Source: Bacteroidota bacterium (lineage in GTDB: Bacteria > Bacteroidota > Rhodothermia > Rhodothermales > JBCDJV01). Taken from it: a DNA stretch of 64,000 nucleotides. The notes below the pieces were generated by a model. The model did no database searches. It had not been told where the DNA came from and worked only from the letters and a program-made list of their open reading frames with translations. The translations under genes and the position numbers were made by a program. Shown here piece after piece: positions 55,019 to 64,000 of the stretch. The stretch lies in assembly GCA_038747425.1 (NCBI GenBank), contig JBCDJV010000007.1:9164-73163 (forward strand), given 5' to 3'. Each line of letters starts with the position of its first letter. Within the stretch, counting starts at the first letter, position 1.

Positions 55019-58000
55019 TCAGTTCGGGCTGGTGGTGTCTTGCAGCAGTTCGAAGTAGCGCTTGATCAGCTCCTCGTAGTCGGGGGCGTAGCCGCTTTCG
55101 AGCGCACGGATGAGCGCGCGGCGCAGCTGCTCGGCCTCCTCGGAGGCGGGCAGGTCGGGGGGGCTATCCCGGTTGAACAGGTCGCGGAACTCGCGGCCTT
55201 CGCGTTGGCGCTCCTCGCCCCGCTGCTGGAGCGACTTTTGGGCGTCCAACATCCGCGTCAGGATCTGCTGCTGGCGCTGGAGGGTCTGGCGGTTGACCTG
55301 CCGCTGCTGGAGCTCGCGGATGGTCTCCTCCATCTGCTCAGCGATACGGTTGAGATCGCCCAGCATCTGGCCGCGAGCCTCGCGGTTGCGGCTCAGCTCG
55401 CGGATCTGGCGACGGATCTGCTCTTGCTGAGCGGCCATCTGCCGGAGGCGGGCCTCCATGTCGCCGGTGAGGCGATTGCCCTGCATGTCGTTGAGCATCT
55501 GCTGGATTTGTTGGTTCAGCATCTGCTGCTGCTGGCTCATCTGCTGCATCTGCTGCTGCATCTGCTGCATCGACATGCCGCCACCGCTCTGCCCATTGGA
55601 CATTTGGTCGAGCAGCTCGGAAAGCAACAGGGCCAGCTCGTTCATGTGCATCATCGAGCCCTTCTGGTACCCACTGGCCAGGCTCGCCGAGCGATCGGCC
55701 AGTGACGTGGTAGCGTTGCTCATCTCGCGCAGGGCATCGCCGGCCTGCTTCTGCACCTCAGACGACATCTGGGGGATGTCCCGCGCGAGCGTCTGCAGTG
55801 AATCCGTCACCACGGTCAGGTCCTCGCTCATCTCCACCTGCCGCTGGGCCATTTCGCGTAGCACCGGGCTGTCTGAGGCCAAGCCTCGGACCGTCTGCCG
55901 CAGGCCCTCTTGTTGCTGCGAGAGCGTCAGGATATCCTCCAGAACTCGGCGCAGGCCGGCCATATTGACCTGCTGCTGCTGGCCGGCCATGCTTTGCTGC
56001 ATCTCCTGGAGTTGCTGGCTCATCTGCTGCATCTGCTGTTGCATCTGCTGCTGGCCTTGCTGGGCCGGCTGAAACTGCTGATCGCGCAGCTGCTCCGAGT
56101 TCTGCTCCATCTGCTGCGGGAGCCGCTCCATCTGCTGTTGCAGGCCATCCATTTCGCGCTCGGGCGCCCGCTGCACCTCCTCCATCTGCTGACGCAGCTC
56201 CTGCGCCTGCTCCAAGAGCTGTTGCATCTCCTCTTGGTTCATCTCCTGCTCCCGCGCCAGGGCTTCAGCACCCTCTGGCGGCGACTCTCCGGAGGTCTGC
56301 TCGCCCTCTTGGCCCTCGCTGGCCTCTTGCTCTCCGGCCTGCTGTTCGCCCTCCTGCCCCTCGCCAGCCTGCGCTTCGCCCTCGCCTTCTTGCTGCTCGC
56401 TGGCTTCTTGGGCCCCCTCTCCTTCCTGGCCCTCGCCGGATTCCTGCTGGCCTTCCTGCTCCTCGCCGGACTGCGCTTCACCCTCGCCGTCCTGCTCTTC
56501 GCCGGCCTGCTCCTCCCCTTGGGGTGCGTCCTCGGCTTCCTGTTCTTCCTGGGCTGTTTTTTCGGCGAGTTGCTCTTGGCGCTGGGCCATATCGTCGAGG
56601 CGGCGGGCCAGGGCCTCCATTTCTTGCTGCACGCGAATCTGCTTGAACAGCTCCAGGGTGCGTTCCAGGCGCTGCTGATACTGCTCCTCGCTGAACTCAA
56701 AATCCTGGATGGCCTCCTGCATCTGCTGCAGGTCCATGTTCTGCATAGCGTCCTGGAGCTTCTGGAGCGCTTCTTGGAGTTCAGGGGTGGTGATCTCCTC
56801 CATCACCTTTTGCAATTCCTGGTACTTCTCCAGGGTCTCCTCGCTGACCAGATCGTTCTGCTGCATCTGCTGAGACAGCTCCTGCATCTGCTGCACCATC
56901 TCGTCGACGCGCTGCTCCATAGCCTCCTGACGCTCCTGGAGCTGCTCCAGCTGTCGCTCGTCCTCCCAGTCAGCCTCTTGCTTCCGTCGCAACTCATCGC
57001 GCAGCTCCTGGAACTGCTCCCGGGTGCGCTCGGTGTCTCGCAGCAGGTCCTCCAGGTCGTCTTTCGTCTCGTCCTGCTGGCGATCCATGGCCTCGTACTG
57101 CTCCGCGATGGAGGGCAGACGGAGCCGCTGCACCGCGCTTTGGCTGGTCTTGTAGCCAGACACACGGTCGTTGTCCCACACCTGGACGTAGTACTCGATC
57201 ACGTCGCCCGGGACGGGGTCCAGGGGGGTGGACTCGCGCAGGAGCCAGGCGTGCAGCACCTCCTGGTCCAGCTGGCGGGGGGCCTCCAAGGGCAGGCGGA
57301 TCTCGGTAAAGTCCGTCTGGGGCTCCCCGAAGCGGCTCTCCGCGAGGCGGTAGAACAGCGAGAGGCGCGCGAAGCCAAAGTCATCGTTGAGGCGCATCCG
57401 AAGGCCCGCCTGCAGCTGATCATCGAGATCGGCAGATGGCGCGGGGGCCAGCAGCACCACTGAGGGAGCCGCGTCTGAGAGGAGGCGCAGCGTGTAGTCG
57501 ATGGGCCGGGTGTTGCGGAGGCCGCCCTCGGTTTCGAGGCGGATCTGGTAGGTCCCCTCGCGGGTGAGGGTGAAGGTGCCCAGGGCTGTGCTGCCGTCTA
57601 CCGTCAGCGAGTCCGTCTGGCCGTTATCCTGCACCACCAGCGCCTGCGCCACCGCGGGCCCGCCGAGGCCGACCTGCACCGTCACCTGAGTGCCCGGCAG
57701 CGCGGTGACATCGCCCACATTGGGGGCCAAGCGCTGAGGCGGGATGCGGGTGTAGCTCGGGAACGCCAGGTCCACCCGCACCGCCTGCACGATGGGCTGC
57801 TCCACGACCTCTACCTGATACCAGGCCGTCGTCACCGGCCCAGCGGAGACCCGGTAGCGAAGCGACTGGCGCACGTTGATCAGTGCATGCGCAAACTGGC
57901 CGTCGGCCTCGGCCGGTACGGGAATGGTCTCAATGACCTCCTCGCCCTCGTTGTTGAGGGCCAGCGTTACCACGGGCGGGAGGTCCGTTCCCTCGGCGCG

Positions 58001-58669
58001 GACCGCAATGACCAGCGAGTCCCCCCGGACGAGGCTGGTTGAGCCGGGCTCCACAGACAGGCTGAATGGGGCGGGCCGCTCGAAGGTTACGCCGGGCGTG
58101 AACACCCGCTGGGCCGCGCCCAGAAACACCTGCGGCGCCGCCACCACGAAGACCAACAAGCCCACCAGCGGCAACGAGGCCAAACGCCCCACTCGCTTGG
58201 CCCGGTCGAAGTTCTCGACGCGCTCGAAGGGCACCTCGCGCACGGACTCGCCCAGCATGCGCACGGCCCCATCGAGCAAGGCGTCGGGCGCCTCCGTGCG
58301 GCGCCCCTCGGCCAGTTGCAAGAGGTTGACCAAGCGGTCAGAGACTTCTGGATAGGTGCGCCCGATGCGCCGAGCCGCTACCTCCTCGGTGACGCCCGGG
58401 AGCACCCCGAGCAGCTTCAAGGCGGGAATGAGCACCCAGTACCCGAGGGCCCCCACCGTCAGCGCCGTGAGGCCCCAGAAGAGCACCGTGCGCGGCGTGA
58501 CGTCTAACCATAGCCCCGCTTCCACCGCGATCACCACCAGCAGCAGGGCCCCGAGCCCTCCCAGCACCACCAGCGCACCCACCAGCAGATCAGCCAGGGT
58601 CATGCGGCGCGTGGTGGCCTGCAGCCGGGCGCGCAGGATCTGGAGCAGGGAGGCAGTCTGTTCACTCAT
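55019..58669 (-). CDS. 1216-aa membrane-anchored protein with Q/E-rich coiled-coil C-terminal half (DUF4175-like)
   Basis: It has N-terminal TM helices, beta-rich middle domains, then long QQMQ/EGEG low-complexity and coiled-coil stretches. The family name is from memory. Confidence 0.7.
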   Translation of the reverse strand: MSEQTASLLQILRARLQATTRRMTLADLLVGALVVLGGLGALLLVVIAVEAGLWLDVTPRTVLFWGLTALTVGALGYWVLIPALKLLGVLPGVTEEVAARRIGRTYPEVSDRLVNLLQLAEGRRTEAPDALLDGAVRMLGESVREVPFERVENFDRAKRVGRLASLPLVGLLVFVVAAPQVFLGAAQRVFTPGVTFERPAPFSLSVEPGSTSLVRGDSLVIAVRAEGTDLPPVVTLALNNEGEEVIETIPVPAEADGQFAHALINVRQSLRYRVSAGPVTTAWYQVEVVEQPIVQAVRVDLAFPSYTRIPPQRLAPNVGDVTALPGTQVTVQVGLGGPAVAQALVVQDNGQTDSLTVDGSTALGTFTLTREGTYQIRLETEGGLRNTRPIDYTLRLLSDAAPSVVLLAPAPSADLDDQLQAGLRMRLNDDFGFARLSLFYRLAESRFGEPQTDFTEIRLPLEAPRQLDQEVLHAWLLRESTPLDPVPGDVIEYYVQVWDNDRVSGYKTSQSAVQRLRLPSIAEQYEAMDRQQDETKDDLEDLLRDTERTREQFQELRDELRRKQEADWEDERQLEQLQERQEAMEQRVDEMVQQMQELSQQMQQNDLVSEETLEKYQELQKVMEEITTPELQEALQKLQDAMQNMDLQQMQEAIQDFEFSEEQYQQRLERTLELFKQIRVQQEMEALARRLDDMAQRQEQLAEKTAQEEQEAEDAPQGEEQAGEEQDGEGEAQSGEEQEGQQESGEGQEGEGAQEASEQQEGEGEAQAGEGQEGEQQAGEQEASEGQEGEQTSGESPPEGAEALAREQEMNQEEMQQLLEQAQELRQQMEEVQRAPEREMDGLQQQMERLPQQMEQNSEQLRDQQFQPAQQGQQQMQQQMQQMSQQLQEMQQSMAGQQQQVNMAGLRRVLEDILTLSQQQEGLRQTVRGLASDSPVLREMAQRQVEMSEDLTVVTDSLQTLARDIPQMSSEVQKQAGDALREMSNATTSLADRSASLASGYQKGSMMHMNELALLLSELLDQMSNGQSGGGMSMQQMQQQMQQMSQQQQMLNQQIQQMLNDMQGNRLTGDMEARLRQMAAQQEQIRRQIRELSRNREARGQMLGDLNRIAEQMEETIRELQQRQVNRQTLQRQQQILTRMLDAQKSLQQRGEERQREGREFRDLFNRDSPPDLPASEEAEQLRRALIRALESGYAPDYEELIKRYFELLQDTTSPN

Positions 58670-59065
58670 GGGAGGCAGCTAGGCTTTCAAACAGAACGGA
58701 GGAGCAAGCGGGGGTCGTATCCGGGCGGCGTTTCTTTCTCACGATATGGGTAGGTGCATGTTTCGCCGGCACCTCCACGTCGCTGGCCTCGCGCGATCCG
58801 TCCTACCCGGAGCGCCCGCCTCCCTGGCCGAGAGCGGACCAGCGCCGCGCGAGTGCAGAAGCCCTGAATAGGTCTGCAAAGCCCTTTTTTCCGGATTGTT
58901 AACACCATTTGCAGTCCTGGGTTTGTATGTTCACGGTGCTCTCTCTTGTCTGATGCGGGGCCGTTCAACGGCGAGGCCTGGCCAGATTCGATGGTCTCGA
59001 CGGGCTGACGAACTCATCGGCTCCCGCTCCCCACGTCTTCCCCCACTGTCTCCGACCCCTGCGTT

Positions 59066-60340
59066 ATGGGTATCGATCAAATGATTGCCGTCATCCTTGG
59101 CGGCGGCGCTGGTACACGGCTGTACCCTCTCACCTCTCATCGGTCCAAGCCTGCCGTGCCACTGGCGGGCAAATACCGGCTCATCGATGTACCCATCTCC
59201 AACTGCATCAACTCAGGCATCAACCGCATGTTTGTGCTGACGCAGTACAACTCCGCCAGCCTGAACAGGCATATTACGCGGACCTACCAGTTCGACCGGT
59301 TCCGGTCCGGCTTCGTCACCATCATCGCCGCCGAGCAGACCCCCTCCTCCACGGAGTGGTTTCAGGGCACGGCGGACGCGGTCCGGCGGAGCATGCCTCA
59401 CCTGCGGGTCTACCGCCACTCGCACGTGCTCATTCTGTCCGGGGACCAGCTCTACCAGATGAACTACCGCCGGATGCTGGCGCACCACAAAGAGAGCGGC
59501 GCCGACATCACGATTGGGACGGTGCCCGTCCATGCCATGCATGCCCCCGCCTTCGGCATCATGAAGACCGACGCCGACGGGGTGATCACCGAGTTCCACG
59601 AGAAGCCGAGCGAAGAGGAGCTGGCCGGCAAGGAGAGCGTCGTCAGCGACGAGATGTACCGGCAGGGCCGCGTGTACCTCGCCTCGATGGGGATCTACAT
59701 CTTCAACCAGGATCTGCTCAAGGGGATGCTGGACCGCAACCCGGATTACCACGACTTCGGGAAGCAGATCATCCCGGAAGCCATCGATGACTTCCACGTG
59801 GTCAGCTACCCGTACACCGACTACTGGAGTGACATCGGGACGATCAAGTCCTTCTTCGAGGCCAACCTGATGCTGGCCCAGCGCAATCCGCCGTTCGATA
59901 TGTACGATCCGAAGCGGATGCTCTACACCAACGCCCGCCTCCTGCCTCCGGCCAAAGTGCAAAGCTCCTACATCCAGGACTCGGTCATCGCGGAGGGGAG
60001 CCTGGTGGTCAACAGCCAGATCTCCAACTCGGTCATCGGCATCCGCTCGTTTGTGGGCAACAACACCACGATCAAGAACGCCGTCCTGATGGGGGCCGAT
60101 TATTACCCCTGGCAGGACGACGAAGACCGAGACCCGGTGGATGGCCCCGAGCGGCCTGGCGTGGGCGAGGAATCGTACATCGAGGGCGCCATCGTGGATA
60201 AGAATGTGAGCATTGGCAAGCGCTGCATCATCAAGAACCGGGACTCCATCGAAGAGGGTGAAGGCGAAAACTTCTACATCCGTGATCGTATCGTGGTCAT
60301 CCCGAAGAACGCCGTCATCCCCGACGACACGATCATCTAG
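59066..60340 (+). CDS. glgC: glucose-1-phosphate adenylyltransferase
   Basis: It has [42 protein letters not shown] and FHEKP, plus a left-handed beta-helix C-terminus. Confidence 0.93.
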   Translation: MGIDQMIAVILGGGAGTRLYPLTSHRSKPAVPLAGKYRLIDVPISNCINSGINRMFVLTQYNSASLNRHITRTYQFDRFRSGFVTIIAAEQTPSSTEWFQGTADAVRRSMPHLRVYRHSHVLILSGDQLYQMNYRRMLAHHKESGADITIGTVPVHAMHAPAFGIMKTDADGVITEFHEKPSEEELAGKESVVSDEMYRQGRVYLASMGIYIFNQDLLKGMLDRNPDYHDFGKQIIPEAIDDFHVVSYPYTDYWSDIGTIKSFFEANLMLAQRNPPFDMYDPKRMLYTNARLLPPAKVQSSYIQDSVIAEGSLVVNSQISNSVIGIRSFVGNNTTIKNAVLMGADYYPWQDDEDRDPVDGPERPGVGEESYIEGAIVDKNVSIGKRCIIKNRDSIEEGEGENFYIRDRIVVIPKNAVIPDDTII

Positions 60341-60895
60341 CGGGCAGAACGCCCGCGCCCGGGCCCCCAGGGCCTGATCTGCCAGAGAGCCCTCCTCCGG
60401 GCGCCCCGATGCGTGGCACCCAGGCATCCAGTCTAGGCGTCCAGGCGTGCGGCTACACCGGCGCAGGGCCACCACCAGCCCGTCCCGCGTGGCGGCCCCC
60501 GATGATCTCTGGGCTCGGGCCCAGGGGCTCAGCATGCTGGGGGGGCATCCTCTCCCACCGTGCCAGGGCGGGTCTCGCCCGGAGGACCCCACACACGGAG
60601 ACGGCATGCCGTCGATATGGCGGCAGGACCAGCCCCCCGCTACACCACGCGAATCGGTTTTTGAGACCCAGCTACATCTTGTGTGAACCCTTAAATTTTC
60701 TTATTTTGGGGATTGTGCACCACGTAGTTTCGGTTCCGTTCTGATGCCGTACGCGGCCCCCTGTCCCCGTCCTGCACTGCGTTTGTTGCGGCTGCGTGCC
60801 TGCCCATCTCTGCCCGGCCCAGCGCCTATGATGCGCCCTGTGATGCTGGGTGAGGAATGCGTCCACCACCTCCATCCCTGACTCCCCTTACCTGT

Positions 60896-61663
60896 ATGGC
60901 AAGCGCTACAAGAATCCTGTTCCTGTCCGGCGATGTGGTCCCCTTCACGAAGGCCACGGACCTCGCGTCGCTCGTGCGCCGTCTCCCTGAGCAGATACAG
61001 GAAGCAGGCGACTACGAGACCCGTATCATGATGCCCCGCTACGGTACGGTCAGCGAACGCCGCAACCGCCTCCACGAGGTGATTCGGCTCTCCGGCTCCG
61101 ACATCCCCATGGGTGAGGACGTGGAAACGCTCAAGGTCAAGGTGGCGTCGATACCCGGCGTTCGGCTACAGGTCTACTTCATGGACAACCGGACGTACTT
61201 CAAGCGCAAAGGGCTCTGGAGCGACAAAAAAGGCGTTGTCTACGAGGACAACCCCGCCCGCGCCCTCTTCTTTGGCCGGGCCGTGATGGCCACCCTCTCC
61301 AAGCTTGGCTGGAGCCCAGACATCGTGCACACCTTTGGATGGGCCAGCGGCTTGGTGCCCGCCCTCCTGCGCACCGAGTTCAAAGCGGACCCGCTCTTTG
61401 CCAAAGCGAAGATCGTCCACACCCCGGACGGCATCCTCACCGACGCCTCCCCGCTCCCCGCGGAGCTGGTCGAGCGCCTGGGGCTCCCCGCTGACCTCAC
61501 CGGGCAGGCTCTCAACGAGGCCGCTCTGGCCTACGCCGATGCGGCCCTCTACCCGCCACACCTGGACGCACCGGACGGTCAAGCTGCCTTCTCCGGGGAC
61601 GCCGAGACGGCCCCTCAGGAAGCCATGGCGTTCTACGATCAACTCGTTGGCGTCCCCGCCTGA
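60896..61663 (+). CDS. short glycogen/starch synthase-like protein (GT5 N-terminal domain only)
   Basis: ILFLSGDVVPFTKATDLASLVRRLPEQIQEAGDYETRIMMPRYG is present. The short form followed by DUF4270 is the arrangement I recall from Bacteroidota. Confidence 0.7.
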   Translation: MASATRILFLSGDVVPFTKATDLASLVRRLPEQIQEAGDYETRIMMPRYGTVSERRNRLHEVIRLSGSDIPMGEDVETLKVKVASIPGVRLQVYFMDNRTYFKRKGLWSDKKGVVYEDNPARALFFGRAVMATLSKLGWSPDIVHTFGWASGLVPALLRTEFKADPLFAKAKIVHTPDGILTDASPLPAELVERLGLPADLTGQALNEAALAYADAALYPPHLDAPDGQAAFSGDAETAPQEAMAFYDQLVGVPA

Positions 61664-61804
61664 CCGGAAACTTACGCTTTGGCTCGGGCATTGGTACGCC
61701 CTCCCACACTAAAACCCCATCGGTGTTCGTCATCGGGTGGGGTTTTACGTTGACGGTGCCCCTCCCCGCCGTCGCTCAGCGCCACTGGCCGGGCCCACAG
61801 CTTT

Positions 61805-63046
61805 ATGGTCCGGGTGGCCTCCCGTATTCTTTTGCTCTCCGGTACGTGCTCTGTGGAATCTGTCCGCGCCCTGCGCCTCCCTCTGCTCTTCAGCCTGATG
61901 GCCACCTTGGTGCTGGCCGCCTGCGAAGACCCCTCCAACGTGGGTCTCGGCCTCGTCGATGAACAAGGCGGCACCCCCCTCGTCCGTACCGTGGCTCCCA
62001 CCGAGACCGCCGCCTCTGAACTGGGCGACCTCACGGGCAACGCCGAGCAGGTACTGGTCGGCACCGTCGAAGACCCCGTCACCGGCACCGTCACCACCGA
62101 AGCGTACATCGACTTCGTGGCTCCCGGCGGCCTGGACATCGAATTCCGTGAGTCGCCCATCCAGGACGTCTCTCTGATTCTCACCCGCAGCTACGTCTAC
62201 GGCGACACCACCGCCCAACTCAACCTGGCCGTCTATGACCTGCTGGAGAGTTGGAGCGGCCTCAACGCGCCCGCCGATACCACCATCGACTCGGCCGAGA
62301 CGCCCATCGTGGAGGCGCCATTCTCGGCTTCGGATAGTACGGTGACCGTGACAATGCCCGCCGACTGGATCGCGGCCAACGCGGACACGCTCCGCAGTGA
62401 GACCTTCGCGAGTGGCTTCCTGGGGCTGCGGCTCACCGCAACCGGTGGCAACGCCGTGGTTGGCTTCGCCGATGGCACCAACAGCCGCAGCGTCCTCCGC
62501 ATTGCCACCCAGTCCGACACGCTGGACTACGCCCTCTCCCAGAACATCACGCGCGTCGAACGCCTCGCCGACCCACAACCGCCTCCGGGCTACCTACTGT
62601 TGCAGGACGGCGCCGGCCCCGGCGTCCGGCTCAACTTCGACTTCGTGGGCTCCATCACGCCCAACGACGTGCTCAACCGGGGGGTGATCCGCATCAAAGC
62701 GGACACGCTAGCGTTCCCCGCGCCGCCCACCCCGACCTACGTGCGCCCTCCGCTGCGGTCGCTGGAGCTGCTGGTCGTGGATACGCTGGGCATCCGGGTG
62801 CCCCTGGCCGCCGCCACGCTGAACACGGAGGGCTTCTTTCAATTTGACACCATCCAGCTACGTACCATCCTGACCGAAATTCTGGATGGCGAGCGCACCA
62901 ACATCGATCACTTCCGGGTGGTCCCAACCATCCGTCCCGGCGAGAATGCGCCGCTCACCAACACCGTCAGCGCCCTCCTCTTCTTCGATGGCACCGACCT
63001 CGATGGCCCCGAAGCCATCCTCACGGTCACGCCCCTCGACGACTAA
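61805..63046 (+). CDS. DUF4270-like lipoprotein
   Basis: It has a lipobox (LVLAAC). Its position after the short glycogen-synthase-like gene fits that family. There is no motif-level confirmation. Confidence 0.55.
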   Translation: MVRVASRILLLSGTCSVESVRALRLPLLFSLMATLVLAACEDPSNVGLGLVDEQGGTPLVRTVAPTETAASELGDLTGNAEQVLVGTVEDPVTGTVTTEAYIDFVAPGGLDIEFRESPIQDVSLILTRSYVYGDTTAQLNLAVYDLLESWSGLNAPADTTIDSAETPIVEAPFSASDSTVTVTMPADWIAANADTLRSETFASGFLGLRLTATGGNAVVGFADGTNSRSVLRIATQSDTLDYALSQNITRVERLADPQPPPGYLLLQDGAGPGVRLNFDFVGSITPNDVLNRGVIRIKADTLAFPAPPTPTYVRPPLRSLELLVVDTLGIRVPLAAATLNTEGFFQFDTIQLRTILTEILDGERTNIDHFRVVPTIRPGENAPLTNTVSALLFFDGTDLDGPEAILTVTPLDD

Positions 63047-63089
63047 CGCCTCCCTCGCCGCTGTGCTCGCACTCGACTCCCATTCTGCT

Positions 63090-64000
63090 ATGCGCCTCTC
63101 CCGCTGCTTCTTGGTGTTCCTCCTGATGAGCCTCCCCGCAGGCCTCGCTCAGGCTCAAAACACCAACGATGGCTCCATCTACTCCCGCTTCGGGCTGGGC
63201 GACCTGCACACGCCGGGCACCTCGCAGGCCCAAGCCATGGGCCTGACCGGGACGGCCCTGTTCTCCTATAACTATGGCAGCCTGGCCAACCCAGCCCTGT
63301 GGAGCGACCAGGTGTTCACGCGGGCCTCCGTGGGCTTCGCGTACCGGGGCGTGGAGTCCACCGACGCCACCGACGCCACCAGCCGCCTCACCTCGGGCGC
63401 CTTGGGCGCTGTCCAGTTCAGCTTTCCCATCCTGGACCGGCGCCTGGGTGCCAGCTTCGGCTTCCGGCCCTACTCCCGCGTGAACTACCGCGTGCAGACC
63501 GCCGGCGACCTCAACGACCCCACGTTGTCTAATCCCATCCCCTTCACGGTCGACTACGAGGGCAGCGGTGGCCTCCAGGAGATCACCGGGGGCCTGGGCT
63601 ATCGGTTCAGCCCACGGCTGAGCGTGGGGCTCAGCGGAGCCTTCACGTTCGGCATCGTGGAGGACGTACAGCGTACACGTTTTGCTACAGCACTGTATGA
63701 TCCAGCCGTCGCTACCACGTCCACCCGCCTGTACGGCCTGACAGCCACCGGGGGCGCCATGCTGAGCTTCCCGAACCTGCTGAGCGAAGAGGATGTCCTC
63801 CATGTGGGCGCCACGCTGACCCTTCCCACCCTGCTGGACGGCGAGCGCCTCATCACCCGAGGCGAGAGCCTGGACCGCGACACCCTCTCCACGGTGGACA
63901 GCGGGAGCATGCGCCTGCCGCTACGCGCCAACCTGGGGCTCACCTACCGGCTCGACAACCGCTGGCAGATCGGGGTCGAGGGTCTTTTTGAGCCGTGGAG
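63090..64000 (+). CDS. outer-membrane beta-barrel protein, N-terminal part (runs off the right window edge)
   Basis: Absent from the track because it is truncated. My translation from ATG 63090 reads MRLSRCFLVFLLMSLPAGLAQAQNTNDGSIYSRFGLGDLHTPGTSQAQAMGLTGTALFSYNYGSLANPALW..., which shows a signal peptide and alternating aromatic/Gly beta-strand patterns. Confidence 0.6.
   Translation, partial: MRLSRCFLVFLLMSLPAGLAQAQNTNDGSIYSRFGLGDLHTPGTSQAQAMGLTGTALFSYNYGSLANPALWSDQVFTRASVGFAYRGVESTDATDATSRLTSGALGAVQFSFPILDRRLGASFGFRPYSRVNYRVQTAGDLNDPTLSNPIPFTVDYEGSGGLQEITGGLGYRFSPRLSVGLSGAFTFGIVEDVQRTRFATALYDPAVATTSTRLYGLTATGGAMLSFPNLLSEEDVLHVGATLTLPTLLDGERLITRGESLDRDTLSTVDSGSMRLPLRANLGLTYRLDNRWQIGVEGLFEPW

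Noticed and set aside
60341-60895. The 555-bp glgC to glycogen-synthase-like spacer has an AT-rich patch (TTAAATTTTCTTATTTTGGGG) that could be a Bacteroidota-type promoter.
   Set aside because: The sequence only approximates the TAnnTTTG -7 consensus, and I cannot place a matching -33 element. I do not know the promoter rules for this lineage.
60896-61663. The short (256-268 aa) glycogen-synthase-like gene looked like a truncated pseudogene.
   Set aside because: The ORF is intact with a normal stop. As I recall, a short GT5-domain protein followed by DUF4270 is the conserved arrangement in Bacteroidota, so it is probably a genuine short form.

Overview
This is a GC-rich bacterial chromosome segment. 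The housekeeping gene content (a DUF4175-like giant protein, DUF4270 next to a short GT5 glycogen-synthase-like gene, a BatA-like N-terminal membrane protein, a T9SS-like C-terminal domain) resembles a high-GC Bacteroidota/Rhodothermota relative such as Salinibacter or Rhodothermus; I cannot verify the taxon here. The left third (about 1-19.7 kb) is the notable part. A plus-strand gas-vesicle (gvp) operon of about 15 kb carries gvpA, gvpN, an Hsp20, four gvpF/L paralogues, gvpG, gvpO, gvpJ, a gvpS-like gene and gvpK. It also carries unusual passengers: a Cdc48/p97-type double AAA+ ATPase, a GvpF/L protein fused to a DnaJ J-domain, a helix-hairpin-helix protein in the slot usually held by gvpC, several unknown ORFs and a large GAF-domain protein. 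A minus-strand unit lies next to it and is transcribed divergently. It encodes a 594-aa protein built from about 15 tandem 32-residue repeats, a photoactive yellow protein (PYP), and an acyl-CoA ligase that runs off the window edge and is a likely chromophore ligase. My main hypothesis is a light-sensing buoyancy module with its own chaperone set. The remainder is mostly housekeeping: ppk, prmC, glmS, a DEAD-box helicase, an FtsX-type permease, a Zn-metalloprotease, cdd, a CaCA antiporter, an M20 amidohydrolase, iscA/erpA-like, clpC, glgC. Exceptions are a small integrase-less island bounded by 13-bp direct repeats at tRNA-Leu(UAA), a lone PycTM-like membrane protein next to an MBL-fold hydrolase, and a two-copy intergenic repeat. 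Many long ORFs in the six-frame track are GC-driven shadow ORFs, and I do not call them.
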